A stretch of DNA of 64,000 nucleotides from Pseudomonadota bacterium (GCA_900299205.1 OMIW01000062.1:8770-72769); one strand, 5' to 3'. Positions 44,101 through 56,844 are shown, numbered from the stretch's first letter. Numbers and translations are program-made. The notes: generated by a model from the letters alone, not told the origin.

Positions 44101-45330
44101 CATCTTCTTTGCACTCTTGATGGTGGTTACATAGCCTCGCTCTTCGAGCTTACTGTAGATAAAAGGCTTAAACAGCTCGAGGGCCATTTTTTTTGGCAAA
44201 CCACATTGATGCAGTCGAAGCTCTGGACCAACCACAATGACCGACCGACCGGAATAATCGACCCGCTTTCCAAGTAGGTTTTGTCTGAATCGACCGCCTT
44301 TTCCTTTGAGCATATCGCTCAACGACTTAAGTGGTCGTTTGTTTGGTCCTGTGATAGTCCTTCCTCGTCGGCCATTATCGAAAAGGGCATCTACCGACTC
44401 CTGAAGCATCCGTTTTTCATTACGAATGATGATATCAGGAGCACTCAGCTCTATCAGACGCTTTAGTCGGTTATTACGATTAATAACCCGACGGTATAGG
44501 TCGTTTAGATCGCTGGTCGCAAACCGACCTCCATCCAACGGAACCAAGGGCCTGAGGTCCGGCGGGATAACAGGTATTACCGTCAAGATCATCCATTCCG
44601 GACGGTTACCGCTCTGCTGGAAGGCGGAAAGGACCTTGAGCCTCTTCGTAAGCTTTTTCTTCTTGGCCTCTGAGGTGACGTTACGGAGTTCCTCCCGCAA
44701 TTCTAGTGAGAGCCGCGGAACATCTACACCTTTCAGCATTTTTAATATAGTGTCCGCACCCATCCCAGCTTCGAAGCGTGAACCGTACTTTTCCCTTTGA
44801 GTCCGATACTCCTTCTCAGTCAGCAACTCGCCATACTGAAGATCAGCCTCTCCAGGGTCGGTAACAATGTAGCTTTCGAAATAGAGAATTTTTTCTAGAT
44901 CCCGAAGCGATACATCCAAAACAGCCCCTATTCGAGAAGGAAGGCTCTTCAGGAACCATATATGAGCAACCGGACAGGCTAAGTCAATGTGACCTATCCT
45001 CTCACGTCGTACCTTTGATTGTATTACCTCTACCCCACACTTCTCACAAACGACTCCTCTATGCCGAAGGCGCTTGTATTTACCACAAATGCACTCGTAA
45101 TCCTTAACGGGGCCGAAGATTTTTGCACAGAACAACCCATCACGTTCAGGTTTAAGTGTTCGATAATTTATCGTCTCGGGCTTTGTCACTTCACCGAATG
45201 ACCAACTCTTGATGCGCTCGGGACTCGCCAGAGATATCTTAAGCGCGCTGAAAGAGACGGGGTTCTTAGGTTTCTCAAAAAGAGAGAATAGATTGTCCAT
45301 GCTGTTGTATATACCCTTTCTATTGAACAA
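41164..45330 (-). CDS. rpoC: DNA-directed RNA polymerase subunit beta'
   Basis: 1388 aa. Zn-binding '[23 protein letters not shown]'; the catalytic '[12 protein letters not shown]' motif is present. Confidence 0.97.
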   Translation of the reverse strand: MFNRKGIYNSMDNLFSLFEKPKNPVSFSALKISLASPERIKSWSFGEVTKPETINYRTLKPERDGLFCAKIFGPVKDYECICGKYKRLRHRGVVCEKCGVEVIQSKVRRERIGHIDLACPVAHIWFLKSLPSRIGAVLDVSLRDLEKILYFESYIVTDPGEADLQYGELLTEKEYRTQREKYGSRFEAGMGADTILKMLKGVDVPRLSLELREELRNVTSEAKKKKLTKRLKVLSAFQQSGNRPEWMILTVIPVIPPDLRPLVPLDGGRFATSDLNDLYRRVINRNNRLKRLIELSAPDIIIRNEKRMLQESVDALFDNGRRGRTITGPNKRPLKSLSDMLKGKGGRFRQNLLGKRVDYSGRSVIVVGPELRLHQCGLPKKMALELFKPFIYSKLEERGYVTTIKSAKKMVESEKSVVWDILDDVIKEHPVLLNRAPTLHRLGIQAFEPLLIEGKAIQLHPLVCSAFNADFDGDQMAVHVPLSIEAQVESRVLMMSTNNILSPAFGKPVIVPSQDIVLGLYYMTRERPFSLGEGRVFANMDEVWIAWESGEIHLQASIKCRIEGALAETTVGRVLLCHLCPPHTLPFKHFNKVMKKKEISNLIDECFRVRGNKATVLLADKLKDIGYRFATLAGISIGINDMVIPDTKQQILADADRKVAEIDGQYQEGLITAGEHYNKVIDIWSDVTDRVAEDAMQRISFATFTDSETGQTRKGPSFNSVYIMADSGARGSPTQIRQVAGMRGLFTKPDGSIIEQPIKANLREGLSVLQYFVSTHGARKGLADTALKTANSGYLTRRLVDVAQDCIVTEYDCGTTDSTEISALIEGGEEIEPLSTRILGRVAGEDIRDPISGEVLVERNQEVDEERCARISGSGLDRVQIRSVLTCESKVGVCALCYGRDLARGHLVNIGEAVGVIAAQSIGEPGTQLTMRTFHIGGAASGRAEQTSLEARYAGMVRLEDVRVATRRDGGMIVMTRKGELVIVDDQDGRERERHPIVYGARLHVREGATVQAGQLLSEWDPFTIPILSEVAGRVEWVDINEHTLEERADERTGFVEKEVVQAKDRTSDLRPRLVIHGGEGESRVYNLPVGVRLTVEHNSDIDAGDVIAKRERATTKTKDITGGLPRVVELFEARKPKDPAVVADVDGIVDFGDDSRGKRRIVVTPELGEPREYLVAKTKHIGVQKGDRVKAGEALTDGSVNPHDILRIEGVKALAGYLVDEVQEIYRLQGVRINDKHIEVIVRQMLRRVKIADFGDTDFLAGDSVERFRVIEANQEILAKGGRPATYEPLLLGITKASLSTDSFISAASFQETTKVLTEAAVSAKVDPLRGLKENVIMGRLIPAGSGMSEYANRHVQVEGKVVNEEPRARVDARLTQTTIESLSGLL

Positions 45331-45385
45331 GTCGTCTGTGGCCTTGATGATTTTTTTGGGGCAAGTTCGCCGAGGGACTTCCCGT

Positions 45386-48300
45386 CTACATCACCCCGTA
45401 AGCTCGGCCCCCATCTAGATCGATATCCGATTCCGCTGATGGCTGCGCCGCTTCGACCAGCTCTACATCAAGTCCAAGCGATTGCAACTCTTTCATCATA
45501 ACATTGAACGACTCGGGCAGCCCCGGTTCGAGCACATGCTCTCCCTTCACAATCGACTCGTACATCCGAGTTCTTCCAGCTACATCGTCAGATTTAACCG
45601 TGAGGAACTCCTGAAGGGTAAAGGCCGCCCCATACGCCTCGAGCGCCCAAACCTCCATTTCACCAAGCCGCTGTCCCCCCATCTGAGCCTTCCCCCCCAG
45701 AGGCTGTTGGGTCACAAGCGAATATGGTCCGATCGAGCGGGCATGAATCTTGTCATCCACCAAATGGTCGAGTTTCAGCATGTACATGATCCCGACAGTA
45801 ACTTTCTCCTTAAATGCCTCTCCCGTCCGACCATCATACAGCTGGACCTGCCCTGATTCCGAGACCCCTAGGCCCGACAACAAGCTTCGGATCTCCGGCT
45901 CAGTCGCAGGATCGAAGACGGGTGTCGCGAGATGCACGCCCTTTCGTTGACGACGGGCAACTTCTAGCAATTCGGGGTCAGAAAGCTCTGAGAGGTGTTG
46001 ACCTTCCTTGGAGTCTCCAAAAACAACTTTCATGACCAACCTTAGCTCCCGAACTGCTTGACTTCGAACCGTCTCGTCAACATCATCCCGTAGAACTCCG
46101 GTCGCCGGGTCCATCACTTTCTCCAAAACCTCCTCAAATCTTCGACCGGTGACATAAGCCGCTAAACCTAAATGAGTCTCGAGTAGCTGGCCTACATTCA
46201 TTCGAGATGGTACACCGAGGGGGTTGAGCACGACATCCACAGGTCGGCCGTCTGCCATGTAGGGCATGTCCTCCTTGGGGAGCACTCTTGAGAGAACTCC
46301 TTTGTTTCCGTGCCGTCCTGCCAACTTATCTCCAACTTGAAGCTTCCGCTTTATGGCAATAAAAACTTTGACCATTTTTATTACACCGGGAGCGAGCTCA
46401 TCCCCTTCGCTGAGGCGCTTTGTCTTCTCCTGCAAAAGAGCTCGTTTGCTGTTTATCAGCTGTCCCGTTCTAACAACTACCCGATTTATGATTTCTCGTA
46501 TCGACTGGTCCCCAACATCGAAGCTCAGAAGATATTCAAAAGGCACTGAATCTAATAAAGGCTCATCGACTACCACACCGCGCTCTACTAGAATTCGGCG
46601 ATACTCATCTATAACGGGTACAGCTGTGGTCTTTCCTACCAACAGCTCTTTGATCTCCTTGAGCGCTGTATCGCGTATGATATTTATTTCATCCCTTTGA
46701 TCCTGCTCCAGCTTTTGGATCTCCCGTCGTTCAATCGCCAAGGTCCGCTCATCTTTCTCAGTGCCCTTTCTTGAGAATACTTGGGCAGCGACCACGGTAC
46801 CCTCCACGCCTGGAGGCAGCTTCAGACTAGTATCACGAACCTCCCCTGCCTTCTCGCCAAAAATTGCTCGCAAAAGCTTCTCTTCTGGACTGAGCTGGGT
46901 CTCGCTTTTTGGGGTAATTTTGCCAACCAATATATCCCCTGGTGCAACTTCGGCACCGATCCTGATTATTCCGGATTCATCCAGATTCCTCAGCGCCTCT
47001 TCCCCGACGTTTGGAATATCGCGGGTAATTTCCTCCCGTCCTAACTTCGTATCTCTCGCAACGCATTCAAACTCTTCAATGTGTATAGAGGTGAAGAAGT
47101 CGTTCTTTACCATCTCCTCGCTGATGAGGATTGAATCCTCAAAGTTGTACCCGCCCCACGGCATAAAAGCAACTAAACAATTCTGCCCGAGGGCCAACTC
47201 CGCCATCTCGGTGCTAGGTCCATCGGCTATTACTTCACCGGCTGATATCACTTCACCTGGACGTACTATTGGTCTCTGATTAATACATGTGTTTTGGTTG
47301 GAACGGCGATACTTTACTAAGTTGTAAATATCAACCCCAGTGTCTAACTCATTATCCGAGGTTTGATCTGCTCGGATCACTATTCTCTCTGAATCAACCG
47401 CGACCACTCGTCCTGACCGAGAGGCCACCACCGTTGCCTTACTGTCCCGGCCCACCGGCTTTTCCATGCCAGTACCAACCAGAGGTGCCTGCGCTCGAAG
47501 ACAGGGCACCGCCTGTCGTTGCATGTTCGACCCCATTAGAGCTCGGTTGGCGTCATCATTTTCAAGGAACGGGATTAGAGCTGCCGCAACACTAACTATC
47601 TGCTTGGGGCTCACATCCATTCGTGTAACATCGCCACCAGAAGCGAGTACATATTCCCCATTCTTCCGGCAGGAAACCGCACCAACAAATCGACCCTCAT
47701 CATCCAAGGGGGCGCTGGCTTGCGCGATCGTCTCCCGCTCCTCTTCCAGGGCGGAGAGGTAAACAATGTCTGAGGAAACCCGACTTACGTTATCCACAAC
47801 TCGGTAGGGAGTTTCGACGAACCCAAACTCGTTTACCCTTGCGTAAACTGCAAGGGAGGCTATGAGACCTATATTCGGTCCCTCAGGAGTCTCAATCGGA
47901 CAAATCCGACCGTAGTGGGTTGGGTTTACATCCCTAACTTCAAAACCCGCTCTGTCCCGAGTAAGGCCCCCTGGACCCAACGCCGACAGACGGCGCTTAT
48001 GAGTGATTTCCGACAAGGGGTTAGTCTGGTCCATGAACTGAGACAGCTGTGACGAACCGAAGAACTCTTTGACAACGGCAGCGACCGGCTTGTAATTTAT
48101 CAAATCCTGTGGCACGAGAGTATCGACATCTTGCATGCCGATCCGCTCTTTTACCGCCCTCTCCATCCGGACAAGGCCTACCCGGTACTGGTTTTCAATC
48201 AGCTCCCCTACTGCCCGAACCCTACGGTTCCCAAGATGATCGATATCATCCACCGCGAATCGGACCGAATCTGATGAGGTCCTCAGGTGAAGCAGATATC

Positions 48301-49867
48301 GAATTGTTTCCTTAATATCAGCGCTAGTAAGCGCACTCTCGGTTAATGGGGGCGGCTCCTTCCCCTGAGAGATAAAGAGTTTATGATTTATCTTGTAGCG
48401 CCCTATATCCGACAGGTCGTACCGCTCTGGGTTAAAGAAAAGGTTCCTGAATGTTGCATGTGCAGTCTCGGCACGCGGAGGGTCGCCCGGACGAAGCCGA
48501 CGATATATCTCGATCACAGCTTCGGTAGAGCCTTTGTTCAATAAGCGATCGGATATCGATGTTCTATCCACCTCGACTTTATCCGTCAGGAGCGTTCTCA
48601 GCAGGGAGTCACCGATATGATGATCATCAAGATAAAGAACTCTCAGGGATTCAATACCCGCATCTCGGAGAAGGGATAAAGTTCCTGACTCAAGGATGTC
48701 ACCCTTGACGTTGACCTTGTCAGCCGTCAGCTCACCCCCAGCATGCACGATAACTGACAGGCCCTCACACAACGCTGCTACTTCCGCCTCGTTACCAACC
48801 TCAATCAGCTCGCCAAACCGCTCCTTAATGATATCCCATCCGATCAACACCTCGCCCGCCTCAGCAATTACTTCACCGGTCCGGCGATTAATCAACTCTT
48901 GATTGGCTCGAACAATCGTGTCGGCACTGACCATCCCTATCACTGAGTCCGGGGCAACTTCTATAGAGACCACTTCCGCCTCTCTTAATCGTCGTATCAC
49001 CGCCCGATTAAGCTTACCGCCCTGCCGAACGAGGACCCGCCCCCCGACCTTAATCTCTTGAAAGGACTTTTGCCCTTCGAGCTGGTCGGCTTTGAAATCC
49101 TTGGTTACAATCCCTCTTTTTCCAAAACGAATAGTGTCCGTTTTATAGTATTCAGAGAGAATCTCGTCGGGAGACATCCCAATTGCACGAAGAAGTACCG
49201 AAGCTCCAAGCTTTCGTCGTCGATCTATTCGGACGTGCAGGATATCCTTTATGTCGAATTCAAAGTCTATCCACGAGCCACGGTACGGTATGATGCGCGC
49301 TGAATAAAGCAGCTTACCCGAGACATGGCTCTTCCCATCATCGTGATCGAAGAAAGCCCCCGGCGACCGGTGGAGCTGGCTAACGATTACTCGTTCCGTG
49401 CCGTTGATGATAAAAGTCCCCTTTTCAGTCATAAGGGGAATCTCGCCGAAATAAACGACATCCTCTTTGAGAGCGCTTAGAGTCCGTTGACCCGTTTCAC
49501 TCGCAACATCCCAGAGCTCAAGCTGAATTGTAACACGAAGAGGCGCAGCCCAGGTCATACCCCGCTGCCGGCACTCCTCTTGGTCGTATTTTGGATTTCC
49601 GAGCGAATATCCGACAAAGGTGAGGGAGGTTGTATCGTTGTAGTCCTTGATCGGAAAAACAGACCTGAATACTCTTTGAAGCCCGATATCCAGACGTCGA
49701 TCTGGCTCCACATCGGCCTGCAGAAATCTCTCGTATGAATTGCGCTGGATCCCAATGAGGTTGGGTAACTCGGTGACCTCCTGGATTTTGGAGTAGCTCC
49801 GCCTGAGCCGAAAATTGGTTTTTACTCTCGATGTTTGCGATTTCGTGGTCTGTACTTTTTGACTCAT
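45386..49867 (-). CDS. rpoB: DNA-directed RNA polymerase subunit beta
   Basis: 1493 aa. '[29 protein letters not shown]' (rifampicin cluster I) and '...[32 protein letters not shown]'. The length implies lineage-specific insertions. Confidence 0.97.
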   Translation of the reverse strand: MSQKVQTTKSQTSRVKTNFRLRRSYSKIQEVTELPNLIGIQRNSYERFLQADVEPDRRLDIGLQRVFRSVFPIKDYNDTTSLTFVGYSLGNPKYDQEECRQRGMTWAAPLRVTIQLELWDVASETGQRTLSALKEDVVYFGEIPLMTEKGTFIINGTERVIVSQLHRSPGAFFDHDDGKSHVSGKLLYSARIIPYRGSWIDFEFDIKDILHVRIDRRRKLGASVLLRAIGMSPDEILSEYYKTDTIRFGKRGIVTKDFKADQLEGQKSFQEIKVGGRVLVRQGGKLNRAVIRRLREAEVVSIEVAPDSVIGMVSADTIVRANQELINRRTGEVIAEAGEVLIGWDIIKERFGELIEVGNEAEVAALCEGLSVIVHAGGELTADKVNVKGDILESGTLSLLRDAGIESLRVLYLDDHHIGDSLLRTLLTDKVEVDRTSISDRLLNKGSTEAVIEIYRRLRPGDPPRAETAHATFRNLFFNPERYDLSDIGRYKINHKLFISQGKEPPPLTESALTSADIKETIRYLLHLRTSSDSVRFAVDDIDHLGNRRVRAVGELIENQYRVGLVRMERAVKERIGMQDVDTLVPQDLINYKPVAAVVKEFFGSSQLSQFMDQTNPLSEITHKRRLSALGPGGLTRDRAGFEVRDVNPTHYGRICPIETPEGPNIGLIASLAVYARVNEFGFVETPYRVVDNVSRVSSDIVYLSALEEERETIAQASAPLDDEGRFVGAVSCRKNGEYVLASGGDVTRMDVSPKQIVSVAAALIPFLENDDANRALMGSNMQRQAVPCLRAQAPLVGTGMEKPVGRDSKATVVASRSGRVVAVDSERIVIRADQTSDNELDTGVDIYNLVKYRRSNQNTCINQRPIVRPGEVISAGEVIADGPSTEMAELALGQNCLVAFMPWGGYNFEDSILISEEMVKNDFFTSIHIEEFECVARDTKLGREEITRDIPNVGEEALRNLDESGIIRIGAEVAPGDILVGKITPKSETQLSPEEKLLRAIFGEKAGEVRDTSLKLPPGVEGTVVAAQVFSRKGTEKDERTLAIERREIQKLEQDQRDEINIIRDTALKEIKELLVGKTTAVPVIDEYRRILVERGVVVDEPLLDSVPFEYLLSFDVGDQSIREIINRVVVRTGQLINSKRALLQEKTKRLSEGDELAPGVIKMVKVFIAIKRKLQVGDKLAGRHGNKGVLSRVLPKEDMPYMADGRPVDVVLNPLGVPSRMNVGQLLETHLGLAAYVTGRRFEEVLEKVMDPATGVLRDDVDETVRSQAVRELRLVMKVVFGDSKEGQHLSELSDPELLEVARRQRKGVHLATPVFDPATEPEIRSLLSGLGVSESGQVQLYDGRTGEAFKEKVTVGIMYMLKLDHLVDDKIHARSIGPYSLVTQQPLGGKAQMGGQRLGEMEVWALEAYGAAFTLQEFLTVKSDDVAGRTRMYESIVKGEHVLEPGLPESFNVMMKELQSLGLDVELVEAAQPSAESDIDLDGGRAYGVM

Positions 49868-50467
49868 CGTTTCTGGACTCGACGGTAGAGGGTCCGACTG
49901 TCTTTGACGGCTCCCCTTTTTAAATTTATCACGACAAAGTGACCGAGGTACCTCCCCCAGGGTCTCTATGCCAGACGGATACTAAGGCTCACTTAAATCG
50001 TTTAGTGCCTCCCCCAATTAAGGAACATACTCCCATCTCCTTCGTCTTCGAAGGCCGGTCAAATCTCTGCTGCCCGAATTTTCTTCCATGCTCAGGGATG
50101 ATCTGAAGACTATCGCAACCAACAAATTTGGTGGCGCTCCGGTGATCTCGCCCTATCATGCATTCCCCTTCGAACGCCCCCGATCCTGCCCGCTTGAAAA
50201 AACCCCTCCAATAAGGCGAGGCTGCTGTCCGTCCGGAGCCCATCTTCTAAAGGGCGCTACGTATGCGACGCGTTCCGTGGCAACACTCCGGCGGTTATCT
50301 TGGCATACTGGGATGATGCCCCAATACTTTATCGTATTTGCCTAGCTTTGAACAGAACCTAGAAGTCTGTGACCGACGGGCTAGGTATTGAGTAGCGGAC
50401 TGCTCGACCGTATCATCAAATTTCGATTTCTCGGCCGAGCTATTCCGACTGTGCGACCGAAGAACTC

Positions 50468-50851
50468 CTACTTCATTCCGGCTTTCGCGCCAGCTTCGGC
50501 AAACTTTTTGACCGCCGTCTCTGCGTCGCCCTTCGACAGGCCCTCCTTGACCGGCTTAGGAGCTGCATCCACTAGGTCTTTTGCCTCTTTGAGGCCCAAT
50601 CCTGTCAACTCGCGCACAATCTTAATCACATCGACCCTTTTTGCCCCAGCGTCTTCGAGCACTACCGTGAACTCAGTCTGCTCCTCCACCGGAGCTGCAG
50701 CTGCCCCGGCCGCCCCGCCCGCTACCATAGCAACAGGAGCAGCCGCAGAAACACCAAGTTCCTCCTCGAGGTCCTTCACGAGCTTTGCTGCGTCCATGAG
50801 GGTGAGGTTTTTGATAAAGGTCTTAACCTGATCCATGCTTACTTCACTCAT
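50468..50851 (-). CDS. rplL: 50S ribosomal protein L7/L12
   Basis: 127 aa. Ala-rich hinge and C-terminal '[25 protein letters not shown]'. Confidence 0.95.
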   Translation of the reverse strand: MSEVSMDQVKTFIKNLTLMDAAKLVKDLEEELGVSAAAPVAMVAGGAAGAAAAPVEEQTEFTVVLEDAGAKRVDVIKIVRELTGLGLKEAKDLVDAAPKPVKEGLSKGDAETAVKKFAEAGAKAGMK

Positions 50852-51006
50852 CGTCTACTCCGTCTTTTCCGTTTCTGGTTATTAGTACGACCCTGCCTGA
50901 AGGTACGGAATCGTCAGGCATCGCCTTTAAATTACAACTTTTCTCCAATCGACTCTGCGATCCCTTTCTGACAAGCGAGACCTCGGAGTCCTCAATCTCT
51001 TCCAAT

Positions 51007-51561
51007 TTATCCCGCCGCCAATTTTTCCCGATACGCGTCAACCACCCGAACGACCTGAGTGCTCGGGGCTGCCAGCAATCTGACTAGGTTGGTCGCAGGA
51101 GTATTCATCAGCCTGAGGAGCTGTGCCAAGACCTCCTCGCGTCCAGGCATCTTCGATAACTCATCGACTCCTTTCTCGTCTAGAAACTGTCCGTCGAGAA
51201 AGGCTCCCTTAACCGAAAATGCCTCGATGTCCTTTGCGGCCTTTGCGATTATCTTGGTCGGGGCTACCGGGTCCGAAAAGGAGTAGATTATTAGAGTTGG
51301 CCCCTTCAGCACCTCTAAAAAACGGCCGATTTCCGCATCTGACCGCCCTTTTAGGGCCTCTCGTGCGCTCCGACGAGCGAGAGTATTCTTGACTACCCGA
51401 GCCTTACCTCCAGAGGCCCTTATTTCCCTTCTCAGTGAAGACAACTGAGCGACAGTCATCCCGCGGTAATCAGCACACACTGCCACCTGAGAATTGCTAA
51501 ACCACTCGGTCAGAGTCCCAATTTCTTCTCTTTTTTCTGCACGGTCCATCTTTAACCCCAT
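51007..51561 (-). CDS. rplJ: 50S ribosomal protein L10
   Basis: 184 aa. Sits between rplA and rplL. 'DYRGMTVAQLSSLRREIRASGGKARVVKNTLARRS'. Confidence 0.92.
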   Translation of the reverse strand: MGLKMDRAEKREEIGTLTEWFSNSQVAVCADYRGMTVAQLSSLRREIRASGGKARVVKNTLARRSAREALKGRSDAEIGRFLEVLKGPTLIIYSFSDPVAPTKIIAKAAKDIEAFSVKGAFLDGQFLDEKGVDELSKMPGREEVLAQLLRLMNTPATNLVRLLAAPSTQVVRVVDAYREKLAAG

Positions 51562-51567
51562 AATCTC

Positions 51568-52290
51568 CTAGACTGTCCTGAGCGGAGCGACATCGAGACG
51601 AATCCCGGGACCCATCGTTAAACTAATCGCTGCATTCTTGAGATATATCCCCTTGGAGGTTGAGGGCTTTGCCTTGTTAATCGCCCCCATCACTGCATTG
51701 AGATTATCAAGAAGCTGCTCCGGCTTAAACGATCCCTTCCCCAGAGGAACGTGGATGATCCCAGTCTTATCAACTTTGTAATCGGCTCGGCCGGCTTTCA
51801 CCGCACGAACGGTATCAGCAACGTCGAATGTGACCGTCCCTATCTTAGGGGAAGGCATCAACCCTCGAGGTCCTAAAATTTTTCCAATTTTCCCGACCTG
51901 GACCATCATGTCTGGGGTTGCGATAACCGAGTCGAAGTCTTGAAAACCCTCTTGGACCCTTTGAACGAGATCCTCGGCTCCAACAATATCAGCTCCGGCC
52001 GACTGCGCCTCGACTGCTTTTTCGCCACGGGCAAAGACCGCCACACGAACTGACTTCCCGAGCCCGTGAGGTAATGCAACACTGCCCCTCACATTCTGAT
52101 CGGCTTTTCGCGGGTCAACGCCAAGACCTACCGCGAGCTCAACCGTCTCGTCGAACTTCGCCGATGCCGTCTTACTTAAAAGTTGGCATCCTTCCTCCAC
52201 CGAATAAAGCTTTGCCTTGTCGACGAGGGCTGCCACCCTTTTGAATCGCTTTCCCTTTTGAGCCATCACTTCTCCCTTGTTTGTAGACAC
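51568..52290 (-). CDS. rplA: 50S ribosomal protein L1
   Basis: 240 aa. '[43 protein letters not shown]'. Confidence 0.95.
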   Translation of the reverse strand: MSTNKGEVMAQKGKRFKRVAALVDKAKLYSVEEGCQLLSKTASAKFDETVELAVGLGVDPRKADQNVRGSVALPHGLGKSVRVAVFARGEKAVEAQSAGADIVGAEDLVQRVQEGFQDFDSVIATPDMMVQVGKIGKILGPRGLMPSPKIGTVTFDVADTVRAVKAGRADYKVDKTGIIHVPLGKGSFKPEQLLDNLNAVMGAINKAKPSTSKGIYLKNAAISLTMGPGIRLDVAPLRTV

Positions 52291-52394
52291 CTCTTTGGTG
52301 CCTCCTTGATCGATAAATGCGGCTTCAGACAGATCTTCACTGCTCTTCGAATCAGTGGCAGCCTCTACCCAGCCCCAGAAGGTACCTATCCCGT

Positions 52395-52820
52395 CTAATC
52401 GATGATATCCACCCCCATACTCCGAGCGGTGCCTTGGACAATCCGGAACGCCGCATCTTCGTCGTTTGCGTTAAGATCGATAAGCTTGGCTCGAGCAATT
52501 TCGTATGCTTGGCTTCGCTTCAACCGACCCACTTTTGTTTTATTGGGAACCGCCGAGCCCGATTCAATCCCAACTGCCTTCTTAATAAGATATGAAACTG
52601 GGGGAGTCTTAATCTCGAACGTGAATGACCTATCCTTGTAAACGGTAAGCAGGACAGGAGTGACCTCCCCTAGCTTACTTTGAGTCCTTGCATTGAACTC
52701 CTTACAGAATTGCATGATATTAACCCCATGCTGTCCAAGAACCGGGCCTACCGGGGGCGCCGGATTAGCTTGTCCTGCCTTGAGCTGCAACTTCACTATC
52801 GCTGTTACCTCTTTTGCCAC
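52395..52820 (-). CDS. rplK: 50S ribosomal protein L11 (GTG start inferred)
   Basis: '(V)[43 protein letters not shown]'. The track ORF is N-terminally over-extended into nusG. Confidence 0.93.
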   Translation of the reverse strand: MAKEVTAIVKLQLKAGQANPAPPVGPVLGQHGVNIMQFCKEFNARTQSKLGEVTPVLLTVYKDRSFTFEIKTPPVSYLIKKAVGIESGSAVPNKTKVGRLKRSQAYEIARAKLIDLNANDEDAAFRIVQGTARSMGVDIID

Positions 52821-52821
52821 G

Positions 52822-53385
52822 TTAGCACTTCTCCACTTGCATAAAATCAAGCTCTACGGGGGTTGCCCTCCCGAAGATGCTAATTAACACCTTAACTTTA
52901 CCCTTTTCAGGCCTCACCTCTTCCACAGTACCGCTAAAGTCGGCAAATGGCCCATCCACGACCTTGACTGTCTCTCCCTGTTCGAATGAGAATCTCGCTC
53001 GAGGGGAGGAGGCCCCCTCCTCTACCTGCGATATGATTCGCAGCACTTCCTCGTCCGAGAGGGGAGAAGGGTCCGTAGCATCCCCGATAAAGCCTGTTAT
53101 CTTTGGAGTCTCCTTCACCAAATGCCATGTGTCTTGGTTCAAGACCATTTGGACGAGCATATATCCGGGGAAAAACTTTCTGTTGCTTGTCTTCTTCTGG
53201 CCTTTGACGAGTTCCACTACCTTTTCTTGCGGAACGTGAATATCACCAAACCAGCTGTCCATCTTTGCTAATCGGATCCGCTCCTCGAGAGCCTGCTTAG
53301 CCTTGAGCTCAAATCCTGAGTACGCATGCACTACATACCATGAGAGCTTTGCCTCATGCTTATGTTCAGCCTGTTCTTCCCCCAT
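52822..53385 (-). CDS. nusG: transcription termination/antitermination factor NusG
   Basis: '[25 protein letters not shown]' (NGN domain) and the C-terminal KOW motif '[24 protein letters not shown]'. Confidence 0.93.
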   Translation of the reverse strand: MGEEQAEHKHEAKLSWYVVHAYSGFELKAKQALEERIRLAKMDSWFGDIHVPQEKVVELVKGQKKTSNRKFFPGYMLVQMVLNQDTWHLVKETPKITGFIGDATDPSPLSDEEVLRIISQVEEGASSPRARFSFEQGETVKVVDGPFADFSGTVEEVRPEKGKVKVLISIFGRATPVELDFMQVEKC

Positions 53386-53485
53386 ATTGCCCCCTTTGTG
53401 CTTCAGAAAGCCGGCACAAGCCAATACGCATCCATTTCAAAAAATCACCCCTCGCCCTCAACCGGCGACAGCATCTCAATGCCGA

Positions 53486-53704
53486 CTAGACAATCCAGGA
53501 CATGACCACATTGAATAGGCCATCCATGACCGCAAGAACGGCTGAAAACATCGCTATTAGACCCAATACCACCAAAGTTTGAAGGCGGGTTTCCTGCCTT
53601 GAAGGGGGCTGAACCTTCTTCAACTCTCCAAGACTCTCGCCAAAATACGACGATGCGCGACGATACGCACTTTGAGAAATCATTTCTTGGGCTACTTTAG
53701 CCAT
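53486..53704 (-). CDS. secE: preprotein translocase subunit SecE
   Basis: 'GELKKVQPPSRQETRLQTLVVLGLIAMFSAVLAVMDGLF' is the SecE TM3 region. The start is probably at 'MAKVAQE'. Confidence 0.85.
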   Translation of the reverse strand: MAKVAQEMISQSAYRRASSYFGESLGELKKVQPPSRQETRLQTLVVLGLIAMFSAVLAVMDGLFNVVMSWIV

Positions 53705-54178
53705 CTTAGCCTCTCTAATCTTCGGAAGCCGACTGTGGCTAGCGACCGACCAATACTTCTGCCTGTGAGCCAATCAAAGCTTACACCTTGACAGATTATC
53801 TTTCATTGCCGAGGTTTACCTTGGGGCTGTCAGCATATCTGCCGCCACCTTAGAGGTCTCAACGGCTATCGACTCGACGAGATACGAGAGATTACCCCGT
53901 CGGACCCTGCTGTCACCAGCTTTCACTTTGTTGTAGACCGCCCCCCGCCAAAGGGGCCCGCCTATCCTTGCTGGAGCAGACCTGACTACGTTCGAAACGC
54001 CGGGAGCTTAGCAGAAGGCTGAGGCACCGACAACCCCTTTCCGTGATTTTTTGGCCAAATCCCCCGCTAAACACGCCGTAGGAGGACTTTTCTTCCCCCC
54101 TCCGAATACATGGGGACACACGAAAGGCTCTCAGCTGTCCGGGTTTTCTTCCAATGAGCGATTCGGGCAAAATGAGCT

Positions 54179-54261
54179 TGGTGAGAGAGGGATTCGAACC
54201 CCCGTAGGCGCAAGCCAGCAGATTTACAGTCTGCCCCCATTAGCCACTCGGGCATCTCACC
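54179..54261 (-). tRNA. tRNA-Tyr (anticodon GTA), long variable arm
   Basis: Reverse complement gives GGTGAGATGCCCGAGTGGCTAATGGGGGCAGACTGTAAATCTGCTGGCTTGCGCCTACGGGGGTTCGAATCCCTCTCTCACCA, closely similar to E. coli tRNA-Tyr. Confidence 0.88.
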
Positions 54262-54371
54262 GAATTTATGGTCCTTCTTCTAACTCTAGCTGACCATCTG
54301 CGCCCTCGCGTCGCGTGAATAGTCCGCTATCATACTACCTGACCGGCCTGTATATTATGATACTTCTTAAA

Positions 54372-54445
54372 AGCGGGAGACGAGACTCGAACTCGCGACT
54401 TTCAGCTTGGAAGGCTGACGCTCTAGCCAACTGAGCTACTCCCGC
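54372..54445 (-). tRNA. tRNA-Gly (anticodon TCC)
   Basis: Reverse complement gives GCGGGAGTAGCTCAGTTGGCTAGAGCGTCAGCCTTCCAAGCTGAAAGTCGCGAGTTCGAGTCTCGTCTCCCGC. Anticodon stem tcagc/gctga with loop ctTCCaa. Confidence 0.85.
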
Positions 54446-54726
54446 AGCTTTCTACAATGGCCAAACGTATGTTGCACAAAATTACCTGAGATGTAAACGG
54501 TGATCGACCCATTAACGGGTACTTAAGAAAAATACCGTGATTATTCAAATGTCGCACGCCTCCGAACCCGTCCCCTAGCCCTGGTCCGGGGCCCGAGACA
54601 GCCCTCAACCCCGGACTCTCTGGCTAAAGGCTTGCTTCCTCCATCCAATAATCTTTTTCAGTGTCGTTCAGTTGACGGGGTGCACAGTCGAGGGCCCCCG
54701 GGTATCCGTCGGAATGGAATCGGCAC

Positions 54727-56427
54727 TCATATCCAGTACTTTTGAAAATCTGGGCCCTGCGATTCGGGACTTTCCCAAGGTGCTTGTATTCTTATCCTTG
54801 TTGGCATCGGAAAATCGACGCCCAAAAGTATTGCCTCGCCAGTTCGAAGACATGGAACTCCAGATGCAACCATCCCATGAAGCCCTCCCGCAGCTCGCTC
54901 GACAATCGATAAGTCGTGATGATTGACTAGTCGATGTATAATCATGGTGCCCATCTGACTCAGGATGTCCTCAGGAATATCGCGGGGCCTTTGAGTCACT
55001 AGACACATGGTTAGTCCGTATTTTCTCCCCTCCTTCGCCAATAACGCGAAAGAATCCAATCGATTATCTTTACTGTCTGGAATCAATGTATTGTTGAGAA
55101 ACTGATGGGCCTCATCGACGATGGCGAGGAGTGGCTTTTTTCTGAAAACGTCGAGGCGAGCAGCTTCCATTAGATAACGTCCGATTGCATTTGCGACGAT
55201 CTCACGCGCGTGGTGCGCGAAGGAAAGATACTGAAGATTGATTCTTAACACCGATTCATCTTCAGCTTGCAGAAAATTTAGTATCTCGTCGAATAGCGCG
55301 GGCTCATCTCTCGGGGAGAAGATAGGGTTGAGACTCGGAAGGCGAATCACATCCTGAATTCTGTTAATTAAGGCGACACAATGGGAATAATCGACCGCAT
55401 TCTGCCCCCCCCAATACATCGGCTCGCTCGGACTTTGCTGAGCATCAACACATTCATTCTGGATTTGGGCACACAGGACTCTAATGTCAAATAAGGCGCG
55501 AGGATCCTCCAGCTCTTGCGCATAGTCACTCCGTGCCGCAAAGAAATCTTTCTTCGAACGATGTGCCTTTAAAATCATCCCATTGGGGGCCAGGCCCGGT
55601 TCAAGCCGAGCAAGTCGCAAACTCTCTATCGCAGCCCGAAGCTTGGCAGCCTGACTTTGTCCTACGGGTTGGAAGATAGCGAAGAGATCGCTTTCATTGA
55701 GATCCGAGTATGGAATCGATACGGGAACAGCATAAGGGGGGGCGTAAGGATCATCTCCGATATACACATGACGGGCCCCTTGCCTCAATGGACGAAATTC
55801 ACCCGTTGCATCGAATAAAATTACCTTTGAGCGAAATTTCGCACACTCCGAGACGATTCGTCCCAAAGTCCAGCTCTTTCCCGACCCCGAAGCTCCGACA
55901 ACCGCCAGATGGCGTCCAAAAAGATGCTCGGGGATGAATGACAAGCTAACCGACTCGTCGTGAGGCAAGGTTGCCAGATTAATTGCAACGTTTGTCGACA
56001 AAACTTCCCTCGACTGAGTGACTTTTTTTGCAAGATTCACATCCGCTGCCAAAACTGGGCTCCCGACCAGTGGCGGTCGACTCACGCCCGGTTCGACCCG
56101 ACCTGAGCCTTTTTGGATGGTTGCAACCAAATCACCCCTCGCCGTTGATCCCTCGATAGCGGACTGAACCGATGAAATGGTTCCTATTATGGTCCCAGAG
56201 TCGATTTCTATCGCGAAGAAAGCCCCCGCAAAGAGACCCGATTGTTCGATTGCATCAGGTTCAGCATGAATCACAACCGAATTGATTCTAACGTCGGTGA
56301 CGAATCCCAGCCTTTTGCTGATTGAAGGCGGTTTTGGCGGTTCGAGCGGGGTGTTCAACCTCTTCTCGGATCCCCTATCTCTCCTGAATCGGTTTTTTGG
56401 CATCTCTCTCCCCGACCTAAAATTCAA
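54727..56427 (-). CDS. HerA/DUF87-family ATPase (N-terminal HAS-barrel-like region + RecA-like ATPase), stand-alone between tRNA genes
   Basis: 566 aa. 'LFGRHLAVVGASGSGKSWTLGRIV' is the HerA-type Walker A preceded by the conserved RH. 'LLAIVDEAHQFL' is the Walker B with DEAH. 'LVTQRPRDIPEDILSQMGTMIIHRL' is the sensor/arginine region typical of the HerA-FtsK clade. Confidence 0.7.
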   Translation of the reverse strand: MNFRSGREMPKNRFRRDRGSEKRLNTPLEPPKPPSISKRLGFVTDVRINSVVIHAEPDAIEQSGLFAGAFFAIEIDSGTIIGTISSVQSAIEGSTARGDLVATIQKGSGRVEPGVSRPPLVGSPVLAADVNLAKKVTQSREVLSTNVAINLATLPHDESVSLSFIPEHLFGRHLAVVGASGSGKSWTLGRIVSECAKFRSKVILFDATGEFRPLRQGARHVYIGDDPYAPPYAVPVSIPYSDLNESDLFAIFQPVGQSQAAKLRAAIESLRLARLEPGLAPNGMILKAHRSKKDFFAARSDYAQELEDPRALFDIRVLCAQIQNECVDAQQSPSEPMYWGGQNAVDYSHCVALINRIQDVIRLPSLNPIFSPRDEPALFDEILNFLQAEDESVLRINLQYLSFAHHAREIVANAIGRYLMEAARLDVFRKKPLLAIVDEAHQFLNNTLIPDSKDNRLDSFALLAKEGRKYGLTMCLVTQRPRDIPEDILSQMGTMIIHRLVNHHDLSIVERAAGGLHGMVASGVPCLRTGEAILLGVDFPMPTRIRIQAPWESPESQGPDFQKYWI

Positions 56428-56770
56428 GACAAACAGAAACCTTAATAAAGCCAGCTGAAGCCCCCACAGGTCTGCTTAAGCTCGACTCAACGCTCCATGC
56501 CTGAAATTTTAACCCCGGATTAACATCCAGGTGGAGCACAGCCACGCATGCTGAGTCGAGCGGACGTGGAGCATCAGCACCGACCCTAGATATCGGCACC
56601 TGCCGGCACTCAACCGCATTTTTTCTCATTTTTCTACTCAGGCGCTAAGGGTCCCACCTCCAAAATCGGGTTTGATAGCAAGGCATCGGGCTGGAAGGTG
56701 AGGGCATCAGGCCTGACGCCTGATTTCGGTGTGAAAGGAGGTTGGGATGGCGCCAGAGGACTGAGGGGAA

Positions 56771-56844
56771 CACGCCCGGAGGGAATCGAACCCCCAACCT
56801 ACGGATTTGGAATCCGTTGCTCTACCTAGTTGAGCTACAGGCGT
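56771..56844 (-). tRNA. tRNA-Trp (anticodon CCA)
   Basis: Reverse complement gives ACGCCTGTAGCTCAACTAGGTAGAGCAACGGATTCCAAATCCGTAGGTTGGGGGTTCGATTCCCTCCGGGCGT. Anticodon stem acgga/tccgt with loop ttCCAaa. Confidence 0.82.

Noticed and set aside
41164-49867. Numerous 60-170-aa ORFs antisense to or out of frame with rpoB/rpoC (e.g. 43564..44034 +, 46761..47279 +)
   Set aside because: They lie wholly within long, well-supported RNA polymerase genes on the opposite strand. This is a typical high-GC overprinting artefact.
49868-50467. 600-nt rplL-rpoB spacer with two short ORFs (49989..50243 -, 50088..50345 +)
   Set aside because: This is the classical attenuator/processing region between rplL and rpoB. 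The ORFs overlap each other on opposite strands and have no coding features.
53774-54178. Possible tmRNA (plus strand begins 'ggggctg...') or rpmG (L33) in the secE/tRNA-Tyr gap
   Set aside because: No tRNA-like 3' end or tag-peptide reading frame follows the GGGGCUG-like start. No ORF with the L33 CxxC...YxTxKNK pattern was found on either strand. It is treated as intergenic, and the 85-aa ORF 53913..54170 is probably spurious.
54372-54445. Initial reading of this tRNA as tRNA-Trp
   Set aside because: Refolding places the anticodon loop as ctTCCaa (anticodon TCC), and the sequence matches the glyT-type pattern cagccttccaagctg. The real tRNA-Trp is at 56771..56844.
56417-56629. 70-aa ORF overlapping the start of the HerA-like gene as a stand-alone gene call
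   Set aside because: It has no recognisable features and sits in the promoter region. It is kept only as a hypothesis (possible small partner) in the findings, not as a feature.
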